Assembly: GCA_965140705.1 (NCBI GenBank) | Contig: OZ223302.1 | Coordinates: forward strand, 160,001-224,000 | Reading direction: 5' to 3' | DNA length: 64,000 nucleotides | Source of the DNA: an uncultured Arcobacter sp. | GTDB taxonomy: Bacteria; Campylobacterota; Campylobacteria; Campylobacterales; Arcobacteraceae | Shown: piece by piece, positions 63,677 to 64,000 of the stretch | Layout of the letters: each line of letters begins with the position of its first letter | Numbering within the stretch: position 1 is the stretch's first letter | Notes under the pieces: model-generated | What the model was told of the DNA's origin: nothing | The model's input: the letters and a program-made list of their open reading frames with translations, nothing else | The model's database searches: none | Program-made: the position numbers and the translations under genes

Positions 63677-63775
63677 GTGTTTCCTTTTTAGTTTTGGAGA
63701 TTATAAATCCATATGCGTTAAAGCACACTAAATAAAAACTACACTTATGTATTTTTAGGAATTTTTTAGAAAAAT

Positions 63776-63808
63776 AATAAAAAGAGGTAAAATCTACCTC
63801 TTTTTATT
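63776..63808 (-). terminator. Intrinsic terminator after the YciI-like gene
   Basis: AATAAAAAGAGGTA-aaatc-TACCTCTTTTTATT. Confidence 0.8.
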
Positions 63809-64000
63809 AATCTTTAGGAAGTAGCTTCACAGGTACGATTTGGAATTCATCCATATTCCATACTTTATTTACAACGTATGGTTCATTGTCTAGCCAATCA
63901 TTTAATTCATCTTCACTTTCAAAATTAACAAATAGTGTAGAACCAACCATTTGATCCTCTTCAATTAAGGCACCAGCATCAATTATTTTACCTTCAGCCA
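63807..64000 (-). CDS. YciI-family protein, 3' part
   Basis: Manual translation ...GKIIDAGALIEEDQMVGSTLFV...WLDNEPYVVNKVW...KD*. Confidence 0.75.
   Translation of the reverse strand, partial: AEGKIIDAGALIEEDQMVGSTLFVNFESEDELNDWLDNEPYVVNKVWNMDEFQIVPVKLLPKD

Overview
AT-rich bacterial DNA. Gene content, gene order, TGnTATAAT promoters and AAGGA ribosome-binding sites point to Campylobacterota, most likely Arcobacteraceae (inference). (1) 1-23.9 kb, minus strand: a surface-glycan locus (galE, wzz, ugd, UDP-GlcA epimerase, a manC/fcl deletion scar, two cysC, legionaminic-acid genes). A ~12.5 kb glycan-decoration cassette sits between legB and legC. (2) 24-36.6 kb: core genes (tRNA Leu/Ser/Cys, ilvD, htrA-cprRS-like, U32 protein, recN, nadK, rpsL-rpsG-fusA). 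(3) 36.8-45.4 kb: accessory block with a SIR2-STAND-TPR (Avs/NLR-like) gene carrying seven near-identical 126-bp repeats. It also has two inverted copies of an unannotated ~540-bp structured non-coding element with compensatory base changes, bracketing an MCP, an MFS transporter and a hydrolase. (4) 45.4-64 kb: miscellaneous genes, lipA/lipoyl ligase divergent from aceE-aceF-lpdA, and a Ni/Co ECF transporter operon. The best candidates for new biology are the covarying dimeric repeat element, the repeat-shuffling SIR2-STAND-TPR receptor, the nested glycan-tailoring cassette and three apparent non-canonical (ATA/ATT/ATC) start codons. All calls come from reading motifs by eye; no database searches were run.
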